A stretch of 64,000 nucleotides of DNA from contig NC_068992.1 in the NCBI RefSeq assembly GCF_001194135.2, forward strand, positions 49,403,829 to 49,467,828. The letters are read 5' to 3'. The notes beneath the pieces were generated by a model. It was not told the DNA's origin and did not search any database. It worked only from the letters and a program-made list of their open reading frames with translations. Positions 24,240 through 36,989 of this stretch are shown here, one piece after another. Each line of letters starts with the position of its first letter. Position 1 is the first letter of the stretch. Source of the DNA: Octopus bimaculoides (Eukaryota). A program made the translations under genes and the position numbers.

Positions 24240-25176
24240 CTGAACTGTGACCAACGTCTTTTGAACAAATATAAAACATAAAGAATTCCATTAACTTAAT
24301 ATATTTGTTTGTTTTTCGTTTGGGTGTGTATGTGTATGTGTATGTGTTTATGTGTATGCATGTGTTTGTATTTGATATGTGTGTGCGTAATGTGTGTATG
24401 TGTGCTTTCTGCGAAATGCGTTTCTGTTAAAGAATGTTATATTACAATTTTAATGCACGAAAACAACAGCTTGCAGAGTGTTTGAAAAAAGAAGAAAAAA
24501 ACAAAGAAAAGAAGATGTTATTGATAAGAAATGGAATAAATAAGAGAAGAAAGAAAAGAGAGTTAGAAAATTAAAAAGAAACATGTTATGGAAAATAAAA
24601 CAGGAAACAATAATCGCATCTGGAAGAGGAAAACTGAATGTGAAAATGAAATAACGACATGATAACATCTAAATTTTCTATGGGATTATAAGGACTAGTT
24701 TTTGAAAGTGTAGATGTTGGTCTGTCGTTGGTTTCTTTTATTTCATAATATTAATGGTGAATTACAAACGATGTCTCTAATTGGTTTCTAACGGGTTCAT
24801 TATATTGCTGACGGTAAGAATGACACAGGTTTATCTCTGACTTGGTACAGAACAAATGTCAAGGAAGCTCGTTGGAAAAGAATTTGTTTTGCAGGTTTCT
24901 CGTCGATAAAATAAATGAGCAACCATGTACTAAGGTCAATATTATCAACTATATATTGATAGTTTAAGAAAATATAATCCTTGTCTCACGGATAAGGATA
25001 ACAGCCATATGATAACCCTACTGCAATTTTAAACAAAAGACAAGAATTGGGAAAGATTTTCCAAATATAAAAAGCATCGATACATGGATATGTTTCGGCC
25101 AACAAAACCTCCCTACTTGAGTGGGGGTACTGAGTACGAAAATTAATGCGTGTGTGCGCATGAGAGTGTCTGCATG

Positions 25177-25222
<46 letters not shown>

Positions 25223-25436
25223 TGTGGGTGCAAGACGTCTCATTTGATACCGTAACAACGCTGCCCAGAACTGATGCTTATTTATCAACATCAAAAAGAT
25301 GAAAAATAAAGTTGAACTAGATGTGATTTGAACTCAGAGCGCTGAAACACATATTGCTAGCTATCGAACGTTATAGAAAGATGGATGATGAACTTCTAAA
25401 TACGTATATGTACATAAGACAAAGTACCCAACCTAC

Positions 25437-25506
25437 CCAAAGGAAGGCTTGAGAGTTCAATTAGAGAAGAATAACGTTCGTTCCCATTATTCGATAGGAA
25501 ATTCCT
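25437..25506 (-). CDS. Candidate internal exon (phase 0 to 1)
   Basis: Long polypyrimidine acceptor cttcttatcgttcttcctttcatattttcttgcag and donor TGG|gtaggt. The only open frame is RNFLSNNGNERYSSLIELSSLPL. Confidence 0.3.
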
Positions 25507-26029
25507 CTGCAAGAAAATATGAAAGGAAGAACGATAAGAAGTGGGGCGAGAAATGAAGAACGGAAAAGTGGAAGAAAGAAATAGCAATTGTTTAAGACGA
25601 AAAAAATAAAAGGGAAGGCATTATGTTACCGCTAGTAGGCCGTTAGCGATGTAATGTGTCTAAAATTGCCAGACCTACTGGGTTGAACCTATTCATTTCA
25701 TCCAAACATTGATCAATTCAAGTAACTGTTACTTCCTGTCGTGATAGCGTAGTAGGACAACCCAACACTCCTTTGAGAATGCCAAGGACGTGAAAGACAA
25801 AAGAATCTACAAGCTAAGAAATTTGAGATTCATTGAATGTTATAAAGAATGTGTTATGTCAGCATGGCTTAATTACTAAAAGTTTATTATTGGTTGTTAT
25901 AGGAAATGATCGGCAAGTCATTATAATACGTATGTATGTTTCTTTATTGTGTTATATGCATGTATGTATTTATATATATATAATATATATGTACGTAAAT
26001 ATAGTTTATACATGTATGCATATGCAATG

Positions 26030-26078
<49 letters not shown>

Positions 26079-26581
26079 TTCTTTTGTATGTATATGTATA
26101 TATATACATATATGTAAATATAGAAGCAATTATGCAGACATAATTGTTAGATACAATTTCAATTTAATAACGAACAATAAGCGAGCATTAAAAAAACGCA
26201 CCAAATACTAAGATGTAGGACTTTTAATTCCATGGCAATGCCCCGGCGAGTCTTAAAATCTGTTACTAAGCAGATACAATAAAAGATTCACAGTCAAATG
26301 AAACGATAAAAAATTTAAGATTCCATTCTAGTTCATGGAGAATCAAGGAAATAAGGAAATAGTGAGGATTATTTGATGTGTCCTTGTCTGAGAAACTTTC
26401 AGGAAAGTATCGGACATAGTTTCACAAGAGATGTTTCCTGTGTTACTAATTTATAGTCGATTCTTTTTACTACTTTAATATCGTGTCTTTGACCTGGTCA
26501 ACATTGCTGTGGTTTTGTGGTTTCTGGTTGTATTTGACAGATAAATATGTATGTGAGTGTATGTGAGTGAACATTTTGTAA

Positions 26582-26620
<39 letters not shown>

Positions 26621-27096
26621 AACACTCACAGACATATATATATATCACAAGCGTGGTCTGCAATCATTACTGCGATGAAAATGGTAATAAAGATTGCATC
26701 TGTGAGGTAAACCTGGACGTTCTGCTGAGGTTAGCAGAAACAACGTGTGAAAATTTCTTTTTAATACTACATTCCCAAGATTATATGCAGCCGCAGTGAT
26801 CAAGAGGTTGACGATCGCCGATGACCCCTTGTGAAGTCAACACCTCAGCCAACGTGGGAATAAAAAATAGTAATACAAATAGATTGGTGGACAATCCTCT
26901 ACATTTTTCGTTCCCTGTTTCATCGTCATACTCATCATGAAGATGCGATATTTGTCATTTCACGTTAAACTTAGAGTAAATGACCTTTTACTATAATTTG
27001 ACCTAAGAATCTCTCGAATCTTTTGATTATATATTTTTTAAAAGTCAGAATGCTTTTATTTTCTTTTGGTTTCTACAATGCAAGGTAGGTGCTGGG

Positions 27097-27481
27097 TTGT
27101 TGGCACTCCATCGGCTACGACGACGAGGGTTCCAGTTGATCCGATCAACGGAACAGCCTGCTCGTGAAGTTCACGTGCAAGTGGCTGAGCACTCCACAGA
27201 CACGTGTACCCTTAACGTAGTTCTCGGGGATATTCAGCGTGACACAGACTGTGACAAGGCTGACCCTTTGAATTACAGGCACAACAGAAACAGGAAGTAA
27301 GAGTGAGAGAAAGTTGTGGTGAAAGAGTACAGCAGGGTTCACCACCATCCCCTGCCGGAGCCTCATGGAGCTTTAGGTGTTTTCGCTCAATAAACACTCA
27401 CAACGCCCGGTCTGGGAATCGAAACCGCGATCCTATGACAGAGAGTCCGCTGTCCTAACCACTGGGCCATTGCGCCTCCAC
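27097..27481 (-). mobile_element. SINE family C, full length
   Basis: Reverse complement of 13228-13609. Degenerate TSD aagg(t/c)aggtg(c/t)t on both sides. Confidence 0.93.
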
Positions 27482-27973
27482 TAAGGCAGGTGTTACGCTT
27501 GTGACAAACAAGGTAATCACTTAAGGCACCAGAAAAAGAATGTAACAAATATATTTTAAACTTTAACTCTAGTTGTGTGAATGATGTTTTAGAAGAATAA
27601 TTGAATCATAATATCTGAATTACTGACACAATATTGTACTCAATGAATTTTTATGAGGCTTCTGTTTATGTCTGAATACAGCAAACAGTCATAACTGGGA
27701 CAAGAAGCTGCTCATTGTAGTACAGGCCTCCGGTGATCAATACTGTGACACTGGACTTGCTGTAATGTCGGGTAGTGTACTTAAGTTTTTAATCATTAGC
27801 TTTCATGCGATGTTCTCCGGAATTCTCTCGTTGGATGCTTAATCCCAATAAAGCAAATGCTCCAAATGTTTGCATTGATTATTAGAGGCTGTTTGTTGCT
27901 TCATAATTTGTTTTTTTTAGCGTTTTTAGATTTGAAGGTCGTTGGATTTGCAAAACTAGGATCATAATTTACT

Positions 27974-28096
27974 TCAGTTGAAGAAACCTTATGTTATACG
28001 TATGACCCATTTCCTGAATCTCCAGTGCTTTGTCTGGCCTGCTAATAACTGATCTTTCTTGCATATGTTTGTTAATGAAGTTCAGCTTTAGATGAC
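27974..28096 (-). CDS. Candidate exon (phase 2 to 2), or a decayed TE coding remnant
   Basis: Acceptor ctctttacatttag and donor GAA|gtaaat. Open frame HLKLNFINKHMQERSVISRPDKALEIQEMGHTYNIRFLQL. No homology recognised. Confidence 0.2.
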
Positions 28097-28107
28097 TAAA
28101 TGTAAAG

Positions 28108-28166
<59 letters not shown>

Positions 28167-29149
28167 TTATATATGTATATATATATGGATATATATAGAT
28201 TTAGCGTCAAAGCTCTTATTTAAATTTTGATATANNNNNNNNNNNNNNNNNNNNNNNNNNNNNNNNNNNNNNNNNNNNNNNNNNNNNNNNNNNNNNNNNN
28301 NNNNNNNNNNNNNNNNNNNNNNNNNNNNNNNNNNNNNNNNNNNNNNNNNNNNNNNNNNNNNNNNNNNNNNNNNNNNNNNNNNNNNNNNNNNNNNNNNNNN
28401 NNNNNNNNNNNNNNNNNNNNNNNNNNNNNNNNNNNNNNNNNNNNNNNNNNNNNNNNNNNNNNNNNNNNNNNNNNNNNNNNNNNNNNNNNNNNNNNNNNNN
28501 NNNNNNNNNNNNNNNNNNNNNNNNNNNNNNNNNNNNNNNNNNNNNNNNNNNNNNNNNNNNNNNNNNNNNNNNNNNNNNNNNNNNNNNNNNNNNNNNNNNN
28601 NNNNNNNNNNNNNNNNNNNNNNNNNNNNNNNNNNNNNNNNNNNNNNNNNNNNNNNNNNNNNNNNNNNNNNNNNNNNNNNNNNNNNNNNNNNNNNNNNNNN
28701 NNNNNNNNNNNNNNNNNNNNNNNNNNNNNNNNNNNNNNNNNNNNNNNNNNNNNNNNNNNNNNNNNNNNNNNNNNNNNNNNNNNNNNNNNNNNNNNNNNNN
28801 NNNNNNNNNNNNNNNNNNNNNNNNNNNNNNNNNNNNNNNNNNNNNNNNNNNNNNNNNNNNNNNNNNNNNNNNNNNNNNNNNNNNNNNNNNNNNNNNNNNN
28901 NNNNNNNNNNNNNNNNNNNNNNNNNNNNNNNNNNNNNNNNNNNNNNNNNNNNNNNNNNNNNNNNNNNNNNNNNNNNNNNNNNNNNNNNNNNNNNNNNNNN
29001 NNNNNNNNNNNNNNNNNNNNNNNNNNNNNNNNNNNNNNNNNNNNNNNNNNNNNNNNNNNNNNNNNNNNNNNNNNNNNNNNNNNNNNNNNNNNNNNNNNNN
29101 NNNNNNNNNNNNNNNNNNNNNNNNNNNNTTAATTTTTGTTTATTTTCAG

Positions 29150-29670
29150 ATCATTAAAATGGAATGTCAAGTTAAGAAAAACGAGCATTTTCGACACCTC
29201 CTTCTTTTTGCTTTTAATCAAGGTTCTAAGGCCGCAAAAGCTGCTTGCGACATTTGTGTTGTGTATGGAGCGGGTGCCATAGCTGTAAGAACCGCTCGTG
29301 ATTGGTATGCCAAGTTCAAAAATGGAAATGTTAACCTCAAAGACGCACCTCGTTCTGGCCGTCCAGTTGAGTTCGATGGAGAGCGATGAAACCAACGACA
29401 AGGGAACTGGCAGAGAAAATGGAATGCTCCTACACTGCTATAGAGAAGCATCTTCACTCGATGGGAAAGGTTCAGAAGTATGGAGCATGGGTTTCACATG
29501 CTTTAAGTGACAACAACAAGAATCAACAAGCCACAATCTCCGCTGGTTTGCTTGCTCGTCACCGCTCAAGTCATGGACACAAGCAACGATTTCTTTACCG
29601 AATCGTTACTGGCGACGAAAATGGTGCTTGTACATCAATATAAAGCAGCGTAAAGAATGGCTTAGCCCCT
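29150..29670 (+). mobile_element. Mariner transposase, N-terminal half (pseudogenised), truncated by SINEs
   Basis: MECQVKKNEHFRHLLLFAFNQGSKAAKAACDICVVYG...WYAKFKNGNVNLKDAPRSGRP / TTRELAEKM...GKVQKYGAWVSHALS...RFLYRIVTGDE / KWCLYINIKQRKEWLSP. Contains HTH domains, a WVPH-like motif and the first catalytic D. Confidence 0.92.
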
Positions 29671-30095
29671 GTAAGGCTTGAAATTTGAGGGGAGGGAGTA
29701 AGATGAAAACATCGACCCAGTGTGTAGCTGTAACTTAATTTATCGACCCCAAAAGGATTAAAGTCAAAGTCAACCTCGGTGATATTTCAATTCAGAACGT
29801 AGCGACAGGCGAAATACCATTAAGCATCTCGTCCAGCGTGCAAACGATTCTGCTAGCTCACCTTATAAATAGTCTTGATAATCCTTTCTACTATAGGCAC
29901 AAGGCCTGAAATTTGTGAGGAGGGGACTAGTCGATTAAAACGACCCCAGTGTTTTACTGGTGCTTAATTTATCGACCCCGAAAAGATGAAAAGTAAAGTC
30001 GACCTCGGCGGAATTTCAACCTAGAACGTAGCGATGGGCGAAATACCACTAAGCATTTCGTCTGGCGCGCTAACGATTCTGCCAGCACACCACCT
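29671..30095 (-). mobile_element. Two tandem SINE family A copies
   Basis: Copies at about 29671-29863 and 29883-30095. The second is flanked by the degenerate duplication tataa(a/t)tagtctt..taat. Confidence 0.88.
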
Positions 30096-30373
30096 TATAA
30101 TTAGTCTTAGTAATAACATACAAAGAAGCACACTAGCAACCACATCTGGAAATTCTTCTGATCCCACCAGCTAAAATTGTCCGCTTTTTAAAGCATTCAT
30201 ATACCACCGTAAGTCTATGAAATTTCAAAATATTTTGTTTTCGTTTTCGTTCTGGCAACGTCTCTAAGTGCAATTTTGTTGTTGATTTTTTGTTGTTGTT
30301 TAGCACTAGTTTATATCCCTGATCGAGTAGATATATGGTTTAAAAAACAATTGCATCTATGATTTCGTTTATA

Positions 30374-30546
30374 TTAAGGCTTGTAGGAATGTTTCCGTTC
30401 TTTATTAAACCGGTTGGGGTGTGATATTGAAGAGTGTTTGGCTAATGTTTCTAGGAGTTCACGCGACCACTTAAACAATCCTTCATTATCCTCAGTGCAC
30501 TGAATTATGCAGCGGTGATGTATCGTTACCCTCACATCACCAGTAA
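30374..30546 (-). CDS. Candidate exon (phase 1 entry), possibly terminal; PH-helix-like
   Basis: Acceptor tcgttgtgttgtactcag with an in-frame stop just upstream. Frame TGDVRVTIHHRCIIQCTEDNEGLFKWSRELLETLAKH...HSYKP*. The donor is uncertain. Confidence 0.25.
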
Positions 30547-31579
30547 CTGAGTACAACACAACGATCTTTCAATAAATTCTTTGTTGTCCTTCAAAACGGA
30601 AACATAAGACTAGTCTCAGGAAGTGCGTTAAAAAACAATAACAGAGTACAATTACAGTGACAATAACAACATCAACAACAATAAGAATCTCATCATCATC
30701 AACACCAACAGCAAAGACATCAACACCAACAGCAAGGGCATCAACAATAAAAACAAGAAAGCAGCGAATTGGAGCATTGGATAGAATGTCTTGCAATATT
30801 TGTTCCGACTCACGGAGTTCTGTTTTCAAATCCTGCCGGGGTCAATTTTGACTTTCATCTTTTCGAGGTTGATAAAACAAAAGTACCAATCGAGGGCTGT
30901 GGATTAACGGAATTGTAAGAATGTCGATCTGGATGCCTTGCGGTATTTGTTCTGGCTGTTTGCATTCCGAGTTCTAATCCTACCATTGCCTGCTTATTGG
31001 TAGACTAATTGTAATTAGTTGGTAGACTAATTGTGAGCTAGAAATTATGGAATAGTTAAGGATATGATGTTGGAAAAAGTGTTAAGAAAAAAATCTCAAA
31101 AGTTCTGTTTATTTGGGAAATTTCAGTATAAACTTTTCAAATTCATTCAAATCAATATAATAAATTTGAAGTATTTTAACTATGTAATGTATATATAACA
31201 TGGTTTTATTTTCAAAGATCTCTTGACTCAACAGAATAACATTACATTGATCTAATCTCGAAGATAATATATTCACGAACAGTATGAATTACAATAGAGT
31301 GAGCAAGCTGTTATCGAATGTCGACAGTGAGCTGTTGCTAATTTGCGTGGTTCATAACTGTAACTAAAGGAAGGTAAAGGTTGCCAGTAATTGTAAATTT
31401 AAAAGAATTAAAACAAAAGAATACATGATTGCTTTTCAAACATGAAATACAACCAGAAAATTAGAAAATAATACATAAAGAAAGATATTATCGAAGTATG
31501 TCAAAAATTATTTAAATTGCTGCTCGAGAAAATATGCCCAAATCGAAAACAAAAATATACAGTGAGTCCAAGGCCCGCA

Positions 31580-31684
31580 AAGGCAAGTGTCTTCTACTAT
31601 AGCTTTGCGCTAACCAAAGCCTTGTGAGTGGAATTGGTAGACGAAAACTGAAAGAAGCCCGTCGTATAAATATGTGTGTGTATG

Positions 31685-31732
<48 letters not shown>

Positions 31733-31749
31733 TGCGTGCGTGTGTGTGT
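31580..31749 (+). mobile_element. SINE family D, 5' part, running into an N gap
   Basis: ggcaagtgtcttctactatagc...caaagccttgtgagtggaattggtagacgaaaactgaaagaagcccgtcgtata followed by the internal microsatellite. Confidence 0.85.
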
Positions 31750-32786
31750 NNNNNNNNNNNNNNNNNNNNNNNNNNNNNNNNNNNNNNNNNNNNNNNNNNN
31801 NNNNNNNNNNNNNNNNNNNNNNNNNNNNNNNNNNNNNNNNNNNNNNNNNNNNNNNNNNNNNNNNNNNNNNNNNNNNNNNNNNNNNNNNNNNNNNNNNNNN
31901 NNNNNNNNNNNNNNNNNNNNNNNNNNNNNNNNNNNNNNNNNNNNNNNNNNNNNNNNNNNNNNNNNNNNNNNNNNNNNNNNNNGTTTTCTGTTATAGTTGG
32001 CAAATTGCCAAAGGTAAGTAGTTTTTCTTATTTTGTTGAGTATTTGCTGTTTTTATCTATTACGTTATTTTTAGCATTGAGTTCAGTTTTTAGCCTTAGT
32101 CTGTCTTTGCGGAAGTACTCCTTTCTAATTTTCATTTACATTTCTGTGCTGCAACCCCGACCCTTGTCATTTCAACTTCTGGTTTACTTTTATAGGCTTT
32201 GTTGAAGAAAGTAAACAGTTTTTTTTGCCTTGTTCGTGTTTTTGTAGACATTTGTATTAGTTTTCCACAAGTATTTACTAGATATTTTATCCGTTCTACT
32301 TCATAATATCTTTCTACTTGCAGAAGGCGCCAATATGACCTGATTGAAATTTTGGGTGGTGAATTTTAAATTAGTTATTGCATTGTTTATTCTTTATTTC
32401 TAGTTTTGGTATTTCATTCAACTATAATTTGTAACCAACTTGTTAATTTGGTATTTCATTCAGCTGTAATATGTCATAGTTATAATTTCACTCAATTATA
32501 ACCTACATCATACTATTGTGACAGTCAGTGTATTGATGTCTGTTACCTATTTTTGCATTTGCTTGTTTTAAGTATAAATTTCTTGCGTATATATTATTTC
32601 TTCTTAAAATTTTTCTTTCATTTGTGTGTTGCACAGAGACAGTGGATTACAAGAATCGTCAGAGCGTTGGAGAAATGGTTTTGTGCCATTCTGGCTCTTT
32701 ATATTTTAAGTTCATATGCTACTGAGGCCATTTTTGCAGGTCGATAAAATTCAAGCCCTGTACCTATAACAAAATGGTTTATTATT

Positions 32787-33425
32787 AAAGCGGTGAGCTA
32801 GCAGAATCGTTAGCGCATCGGAAAAAATTCTTGGTGGCATTTCTTCGGACTCTTTAACTCTCTAAGCTGAAATCCCACCGCGGTCAAACTTTGTAATTCA
32901 TCCATTCTGGCTCGATATAATAAAGTAGTGGGATGGATGGGATCAACTAACTCTTTCTTCACTAAACTGTTGCCTTTGTGTCTAAATTAAAAGCTATTCT
33001 TAATAGCAGTGAGTTTGCAGAATATTTAGGGCATCGATCAAAAAGCCTAGCGGTATTTCCTTCTGACTCATTAGGTTCTGAGTTCAAATTCGGCCAGAGT
33101 CAACTTCATTTCTGGGTCAAGTAATAAGTACCAGTTGAGGACTGGGATCGATGTAATCGATTTAACCCCTTCCTTTAAATTTGCTGACCTTCTGAAAAAT
33201 ATTTGTAACTAAAGGTAGCGAGCAGACAGAATCTAACAGGCCGGATAAAATGCTTAGTGGCATTTCTTCTGACTTTGCGTTCTGAGTTCAAGTGTCGGTG
33301 AGGTCAACTTTGCTTTGCAACCTTTCGGAGTCGATAAGGTAAGTAGCAGTTGAGCACTGGGATTGATTTAGTCGTTTAGTTCCATCCTACCAAATTTCAA
33401 GCCTTGTACATATTTGAGAAAGGAT
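32787..33425 (+). mobile_element. Three head-to-tail degenerate SINE family A copies
   Basis: Three successive heads at about 32787, 33005 and 33213, each followed by B-box-like and body motifs. Confidence 0.8.
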
Positions 33426-34740
33426 TGCTATAGTTATTAGCAACATTGTCGTGTGTCTGAATTTTGCGCTCCCATTTCTTGTAAAATGTCTGTTGGTTCT
33501 GTTTCGGAGGGGACGTGATACGATAAACAGAATTTAATAATGTATATTTTTATGGTAGTATATGAAAGAAGACATGGCGAGTGATAGGTGTTAACTATCT
33601 CAAATGCTCAACAAAACTTAAAAAACAAAACAAAACAAAAACTAAATATTTGGCACCAATCCTACAGAAATTAATTGTCAGGAAATATAAGATAAGTGGT
33701 TTTGAAGAACTTCGAAGAAAAATACTTCACAATTTTGTATGTTTATTATTTTTATTAAACGTTTAATTTGTTTTATCTTTTATTCTATTACGTACAATAC
33801 TTCAGTTTTTTTGTTTTTTTTTGTTATCATCCGAAAGAGACAATCTAGTTATTGTTTATCGAATGCAGACGATAAGAACGTGTAGAAAGGTTAGCAAACA
33901 AAACTGAAATAGGTCATAAGTATATTCAATAAAATTCCTATTCATCAAGATATACATTAGATAAAAAAAAATATAATTAACTATTTGATGTAATCTCTCT
34001 CTCTCTCTCTCTCTTTATATATATANNNNNNNNNNNNNNNNNNNNNNNNNNNNNNNNNNNNNNNNNNNNNNNNNNNNNNNNNNNNNNNNNNNNNNNNNNN
34101 NNNNNNNNNNNNNNNNNNNNNNNNNNNNNNNNNNNNNNNNNNNNNNNNNNNNNNNNNNNNNNNNNNNNNNNNNNNNNNNNNNNNNNNNNNNNNNNNNNNN
34201 NNNNNNNNNNNNNNNNNNNNNNNNNNNNNNNNNNNNNNNNNNNNNNNNNNNNNNNNNNNNNNNNNNNNNNNNNNNNNNNNNNNNNNNNNNNNNNNNNNNN
34301 NNNNNNNNNNNNNNNNNNNNNNNNNNNNNNNNNNNNNNNNNNNNNNNNNNNNNNNNNNNNNNNNNNNNNNNNNNNNNNNNNNNNNNNNNNNNNNNNNNNN
34401 NNNNNNNNNNNNNNNNNNNNNNNNNNNNNNNNNNNNNNNNNNNNNNNNNNNNNNNNNNNNNNNNNNNNNNNNNNNNNNNNNNNNNNNNNNNNNNNNNNNN
34501 NNNNNNNNNNNNNNNNNNNNNNNNNNNNNNNNNNNNNNNNNNNNNNNNNNNNNNNNNNNNNNNNNNNNNNNNNNNNNNNNNNNNNNNNNNNNNNNNNNNN
34601 NNNNNNNNNNNNNNNNNNNNNNNNNNNNNNNNNNNNNNNNNNNNNNNNNNNNNNNNNNNNNNNNNNNNNNNNNNNNNNNNNNNNNNNNNNNNNNNNNNNN
34701 NNNNNNNNNNNNNNNNNNNNNNNNNNNNNNNNNNNNNNNN

Positions 34741-34830
34741 ATAAGTACCAGTTAAACACTAAGGTCGATGTAGTCGACTTATTTCTCCCCCGAAATTGCT
34801 GGCCTTGTGCCAAAATTTGAAGCCAATATT
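34741..34830 (+). mobile_element. SINE family A 3' end emerging from an N gap
   Basis: ataagtaccagttaaacactaaggtcgatgtagtcgactt...gctggccttgtgccaaaatttgaa. Confidence 0.8.
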
Positions 34831-35169
34831 AAGACGTTCTTATCCGGTATTTCAATGCGATATTTATATAGAAAATTCCCTGAAACCAACCTATAAATTT
34901 CTAAGACAAATATGTCACACGTGTTCATTTATTATTATTATTATTATTATTATCATTATCATCATCATCATCATCATTACCATCAATACTTGGCAGCTGT
35001 TCTCTAGGCAGCCGAGGTCGGTCCGGTTTTCCACGGTTGGATCGCTGCTTTGTACAGCGGCATCTGCTCGGTTGTTCGGGTGAATGGTCACCTGTCAGAA
35101 CCATAAGCATCTTGCGCTCGGTCCGGCAAGGGTGTCCTCTCTCTCCTCCCTTCTGTATGTGCTGACTCT

Positions 35170-35406
35170 TGAGCCATTACTTAGCTGGGAACCAGTTCCG
35201 CAATGATGATGACATCATATCTGCTGTTGATGAACCTTTTGACCAAAAGTACGAAAGCTTTTTCTCCAATGGGATCCAAGCATCGCAACATCGATGGAAG
35301 AAATGTGATAATTGCAAGGGTGACTATGCTGAAATATAAACTTCATTTGATCACATTCTATGAGAATATCTCGGTCAGCTTATGAACGTTTCAGCCGACC
35401 CTCGTA
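35170..35406 (+). mobile_element. Mariner 3' end with right TIR
   Basis: HYLAGNQFRNDDDIISAVDE / DQKYESFFSNGIQASQHRWKKCDNCKGDYAEI* resembles the mariner C-terminus (..GIxxLxxRWxKCIxxxGDY). The end gaacgtttcagccgaccctcgTA is TIR-like. Confidence 0.8.
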
Positions 35407-35479
35407 TAACGTCTCTTGATATCTATCGAAAATTTGTATAACTATTCTGTTCGTTTTGTGCTGCTGTACATAGACTCTG

Positions 35480-35745
35480 TCGTTAGCGTGCTGCTGTACT
35501 AATGTTCTCTGTCCTTTTTATACTGTTGGGATTGTAACACCATCGCCTTCTCAGTTCATATATCGTCTGGAAAGTACGAGTGTATGTCGTATACTTTTCT
35601 CGTTCTAATTCATGGTTGATGTTTCCGGAGTCAATTGAGCGGAACTTTTTGAAAAGCCTTCTGCTACTCAATCCATTTCTACGCTGATACCAATTTTTGC
35701 TCCTTCGCTGGATTTTGCTTGTGTCTTCTTTGGGCAATGATCATT
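35480..35745 (-). mobile_element. Possible highly decayed LINE RT fragment
   Basis: One minus frame gives *QKAFQKVPLN*L, resembling RT motif DFxKAFDxV. There are many stops. Confidence 0.25.
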
Positions 35746-35757
35746 CAATACTACAAT

Positions 35758-36139
35758 TGTTGGCACTCCGTCGCTTACGACCTCGAGGGTTCCAGTCGAT
35801 CCGATCAACGGAACAGCCTGCTCATGAAATTAACGTGCAAGTGGCTGAGCACTCCACAGACACGTGTACCCTTAATGTAGTTCTCGAGGATATTCAGCGT
35901 GACATAGTGTGACAAGGCTGACTCTTTGAATTACAGGTACAACAGAAACAGGAAGTAAGAGTGATAGAAAGTTGTGGTGAAAGAGTACAGCAGGGTTCGC
36001 CACCATCCCCTGCCGGAGCCTCGTGGAGCTTTAGGTGTTTTCGCTCAATAAACACTCACAACGCCCGGTCTGGGAATCGAAACCGTGATCCTATGACCGC
36101 GAGTCTGCTGCCCTAACCACTGGGCCATTGCGACTCCAC
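35758..36139 (-). mobile_element. SINE family C, full length, with a 12-bp TSD
   Basis: caatactacaat occurs at 35746-35757 and 36142-36153. Confidence 0.93.
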
Positions 36140-36201
36140 ACCAATACTACAATATAACAGAATAAATGTAATATGTGTGTATAAATTCACCCTTCCATCA
36201 T

Positions 36202-36272
<71 letters not shown>

Positions 36273-36989
36273 GCAGCATTTCCTTGTAAACGCTGTGAGG
36301 CTTGTTTGAATTATGGATGCTAATTATCCCACATATATGTATAAATATATAGAATTTTGCCGGATGGATTGTATTTGTAATTCAGAAGTTACAACCTTCT
36401 CACATAGTGCGTCACGTTGGTTCTATCGGAATATTACGTTAAGAGTACACTTATCCGTATGAATTACTCGCTCCTGAATTAATATATACCTTTCACGTAA
36501 TTCTCTGGTAGAACTAGCGTGACTCAGTGAGTAGCTTTTAAATGACAGGAACACGCGGCAACCTTCTTCGCAGAGTTTTGATTGATTCAGTTTCACTTTT
36601 AAGATATAGGTTGACCCGAGGCTATAGAAAATGGCACTTGCTCAAGATTCCACGAAGCGAATTACTTAACCATTCGGGCATACTGCGTTCACACACACAC
36701 ACACACAGATGCACACACGCGCAGCATCAGTAACAATGGCTCTATTGAGACTCACGTCAACCAAGGTAGCATAACCGCAGCCGTATGCTAGAGAAGGTGC
36801 ACTATCTGGTTCTCCAACACCATCGGCTCACACACAAATATCCAGCAATATAACATTATAGTTTGATTAAAAGAAGGAAAAACAATGAGATAAGATAAAA
36901 TTTTCGAAAATTAAAGCTTTGGGAAAATATAAGTGAAATAAGCAACCAATCACCGAAAGAAGTACCTCAAAATTATTTAACCAAGGAAC

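Noticed and set aside
26655-26710. Peptide CNHYCDENGNKDC resembling the DSL motif of Delta/Jagged (HYxCDxNGNKxC)
   Set aside because: It is one residue short, lacks the rest of the DSL cysteine pattern and any acceptor, and abuts a (TA)n tract. Likely chance.
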